Positions 25,952 to 28,125 of a stretch of 28,125 bases of DNA are shown here, piece after piece; position 1 is the stretch's first letter, and each line of letters starts with the position of its first letter. A model generated the notes under the pieces. It had not been told where the DNA came from. It did not search any database and saw only the letters and a list, made by a program, of their open reading frames with translations. Location: IMG/VR virus record IMGVR_UViG_650716055_000001, positions 1 to 28,125 of that record; one strand, given 5' to 3'. The DNA comes from a virus. A program made the position numbers and the translations under genes.

Positions 25952-27289
25952 TCACCTCAAAGTGTAAGCATAGTTATTGATTATCTTAGTATGTTTTGAT
26001 TCAGCAGCATAAATTGCAAGAGCTAAACTCATAACGCAGTCATCATGCTGTCCATTCCCCTCACAAGATAATTGTGTTTTTCTTTTAACATATCTGAAAT
26101 ATTTCAGTTCAGTTATAAGCTGGTCGAGATATGGGAACAATACTTCATTTTTTACAATAGATGTTTGGAGTTTTGTAATAAGTGGGAGTTTGTTTTTACT
26201 CGTAAAAGTAAATCCAATTGGATTTAGAGATTCTACCTGTTCAACTACTGCCGCACCAGGTCCTGTTGCATCCATACATACTTGCGGTTTATTAAACAAT
26301 TGGTATAATTCTTTAACTTTATCTGCAACAAATGAATACGGCATTAAATTAAACCGTTCGAAATAAACGAGTTTATATGGTTTTACACTCACATCAAGTA
26401 CTGTAATTACTGTATAATCCTCAAATTTTGCCAAATCTACACCCATTACATATTGATGCCCGCTTTCTCCTGATTTTAATAGTTTAATGGTGCCATCAAT
26501 ACACTGCTGAATATACTCCCAATTAAATACCGCCTCATTATTATCAATGAACTCTGCACAATACTCCTGTTTCCAAACTGGCGAATCTTCCCCAACTTCC
26601 TGCTTAATCTCTTCAATTGCATTTTTAGGTAAGAAAGGATTTGTCCAGGTTGGAAACCTAAATGAAATATGTCTGTTTTGTTTATTTTTCCCCATTAAAA
26701 ATGACTCATAAAAATGGTTATGCCCGTTGGGTGTTGAAATTTCAATTAATGGAGCATCATAATCCAATAAAAGTGGCTTAATTACATATTTCACTACATC
26801 ATCTTTGATGAATGCAGCCTCATCTAATATAACAAGATGATAGCTCTCTCCTCTTATGGATGTTGGATTATCTGCACTTCTAAAATCAATAGTACAGCCT
26901 GTTTTAAATTCAATAGCCATGTATGGGGATTCAACCATTCTCTTAACTAATCTACTTAGTACATTGCTTTTTTCAATGTATTTTTTTAGCTCCCTAAATA
27001 TAATTCTTGCATTGGCATAGAATGGAGCTATTACAGCATATTTCTTATTTTTTTGAGTACTACATAAGAATATTAGCAAAAATGCCATTAATTTTGATTT
27101 ACCAAACCTACGGCCTGCAGCTACTATAATTGTTTTATATTTCTTTGAGATATATGCATCAATTATTTTTTGTTGTGCGGAATGTAATTTTTCTTTAAGT
27201 ATTGCAGCTACAAAGAATTCTAAATCTGTTTTTAGTTTTGTTTTTAAGTCTTGTGCTGAATATTGTCGTAGTTTGGTACTGATTGACAT
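25952..27289 (-). CDS. terL: Terminase large subunit
   Basis: AGRRFGKS (Walker A), VILDEAAF (Walker B), STPNG, WKQEYCAEF, GVDLAK and HDDCVMSLALA (RNase H-like nuclease). Confidence 0.97.
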   Translation of the reverse strand: MSISTKLRQYSAQDLKTKLKTDLEFFVAAILKEKLHSAQQKIIDAYISKKYKTIIVAAGRRFGKSKLMAFLLIFLCSTQKNKKYAVIAPFYANARIIFRELKKYIEKSNVLSRLVKRMVESPYMAIEFKTGCTIDFRSADNPTSIRGESYHLVILDEAAFIKDDVVKYVIKPLLLDYDAPLIEISTPNGHNHFYESFLMGKNKQNRHISFRFPTWTNPFLPKNAIEEIKQEVGEDSPVWKQEYCAEFIDNNEAVFNWEYIQQCIDGTIKLLKSGESGHQYVMGVDLAKFEDYTVITVLDVSVKPYKLVYFERFNLMPYSFVADKVKELYQLFNKPQVCMDATGPGAAVVEQVESLNPIGFTFTSKNKLPLITKLQTSIVKNEVLFPYLDQLITELKYFRYVKRKTQLSCEGNGQHDDCVMSLALAIYAAESKHTKIINNYAYTLR

Positions 27290-27299
27290 ACTATCTCCA

Positions 27300-27734
27300 C
27301 TAGGACATTAATGCTTTAACAATTGGGTCTTCTTCTTCCTTCTCCTGCCCTATTAATAACTCAGTTTTTGTTTTTAAAGCAGAACATATTGCATTAACGG
27401 TTGCTTGGAATTGGTGGGGGTGCTTAATAAGGTCTTCTCTATCTAATATTTTTTCAGCAACATCGAGTGATTTATTTAATAGTTCAATCCCCCTCATTAG
27501 CTCCGTTTCAACACTTCCCTCACCTTTCTCTTTTTCATACATTTCCTTTAATCTTACATTGGCCTCCTTTTCAAGATTTCTTTTGTAGTATTCATACACT
27601 GAAGACGGGCTAACTTTAACCTGGTATTCTTTTTGAATTCTGTTTGATATGTCCCTCCATGAGCTTCCTTGTGCTCTCCATAGGATAATATCATCATGCA
27701 TCATTGGAGTAATTTTGGCCACAATAATCACCAT
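27300..27734 (-). CDS. terS: Terminase small subunit (HTH plus helical oligomerisation domain)
   Basis: GSSWRDISNRIQKEYQVKVSPSSVYEY HTH; directly upstream of terL; start may be GTG 27722. Confidence 0.7.
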   Translation of the reverse strand: MVIIVAKITPMMHDDIILWRAQGSSWRDISNRIQKEYQVKVSPSSVYEYYKRNLEKEANVRLKEMYEKEKGEGSVETELMRGIELLNKSLDVAEKILDREDLIKHPHQFQATVNAICSALKTKTELLIGQEKEEEDPIVKALMS

Positions 27735-27742
27735 TCAATATA

Positions 27743-27782
27743 TGTTCGGATTTATTCTGTTTTATTAGGTTTTGTTCGGATT
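27743..27782. repeat. Direct repeat TGTTCGGATT x2 (27743-27752, 27773-27782)
   Basis: Exact 10-mers 30 bp apart, upstream of terS. Confidence 0.55.
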
Positions 27783-27793
27783 ATCCTAATGCA

Positions 27794-27813
27794 TTAGCAT
27801 TTAAAAATGCTAA
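27794..27813 (-). promoter_or_regulatory. 20-bp palindrome, identical on the minus strand to 11118-11137, upstream of the packaging operon
   Basis: TTAGCATTTAAAAATGCTAA is the reverse complement of TTAGCATTTTTAAATGCTAA. Confidence 0.75.
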
Positions 27814-27837
27814 CATTTTAATTAACATGGTGATAAC

Positions 27838-28125
27838 ATGAATGAGTATCAAAAACAGTATATGGCTACATTGTTATTGATTGAAATAATATTATTGCTC
27901 CTAAAAGAGTTTAGAGCCGCATTAGTATGCATCCCAATATTCATTATAATTTTAGCATTGTTCCATGAGCAACTTTTTCATGGCATTAGTTTGGACAATA
28001 TTAAACTGTTTAAAAAAGACTCTTTCAATGCTCATAAGAGAGTTAAGAGCATTGCTCCAATTAATAGCAATCTACCAAAAGAACACAAACAAAAGGAAGG
28101 TTATAGCAAAAATAATTGGTATTAA
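27838..28125 (+). CDS. Small membrane protein (two N-terminal hydrophobic segments, basic C-terminal tail); holin-like candidate
   Basis: LLLIEIILLLL and ALVCIPIFIIILALF; GGTGA SD; divergent from terS. Confidence 0.6.
   Translation: MNEYQKQYMATLLLIEIILLLLKEFRAALVCIPIFIIILALFHEQLFHGISLDNIKLFKKDSFNAHKRVKSIAPINSNLPKEHKQKEGYSKNNWY

Larger units (their letters stand above)
1..28125. mobile_element. Archaeal head-tail (Caudoviricetes, siphovirus-like) provirus, probably of a Methanococcales host; att boundaries not visible in the window
   Basis: Integrase, MCM, repressor, terminase, portal, protease, capsid, tail tube and tape measure genes are all present; archaeal GGTGA SD sites precede most starts. 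Confidence 0.95.

Noticed and set aside
1-28125. attL/attR, tRNA fragment or CRISPR/mini-CRISPR array
   Set aside because: No tRNA-like 3' end and no regular repeat-spacer array; the 4277-4621 repeats are short, irregularly extended and about 100 bp apart; both window ends are CDS stops

Overview
An AT-rich (~30% GC by eye) archaeal head-tail provirus of siphovirus-like organisation fills the whole window, from the integrase stop codon at position 1 to a membrane-protein stop at 28125. The host is probably Methanococcales, inferred from an MJ0366-like gene beside the integrase, an element-borne MCM, GGTGA/GGAGG Shine-Dalgarno sites, and GATC/CTAG avoidance. Layout: (1) a leftward operon of an AbrB/DUF2080-like gene, MCM helicase, MJ0366-like protein and tyrosine integrase; (2) a divergent wHTH repressor and an AT-rich iteron/inverted-repeat region that is the candidate origin; (3) cargo comprising a frameshifted lipoprotein and a three-gene cassette (Zn-ribbon/toxin-like, Panacea-like, divergent TGT-like) that is the best candidate for an undescribed defence or base-modification system; (4) small early genes, a RadB/Sak4-like ATPase and an HTH regulator; (5) a rightward head and tail operon; (6) a convergent packaging operon (terS, terL, portal-MuF fusion, HK97 gp10-like). 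Signals outside the ORF track include His-Ser motifs suggesting a His-Ser-specific prohead protease, a UCC_UUU_CGU +1 frameshift site in the tail chaperone, the same 20-bp palindrome upstream of both late operons, and three single-A homopolymer frameshifts. No att site, tRNA or CRISPR array was seen. Family assignments come from motif recognition only; no database search was run.
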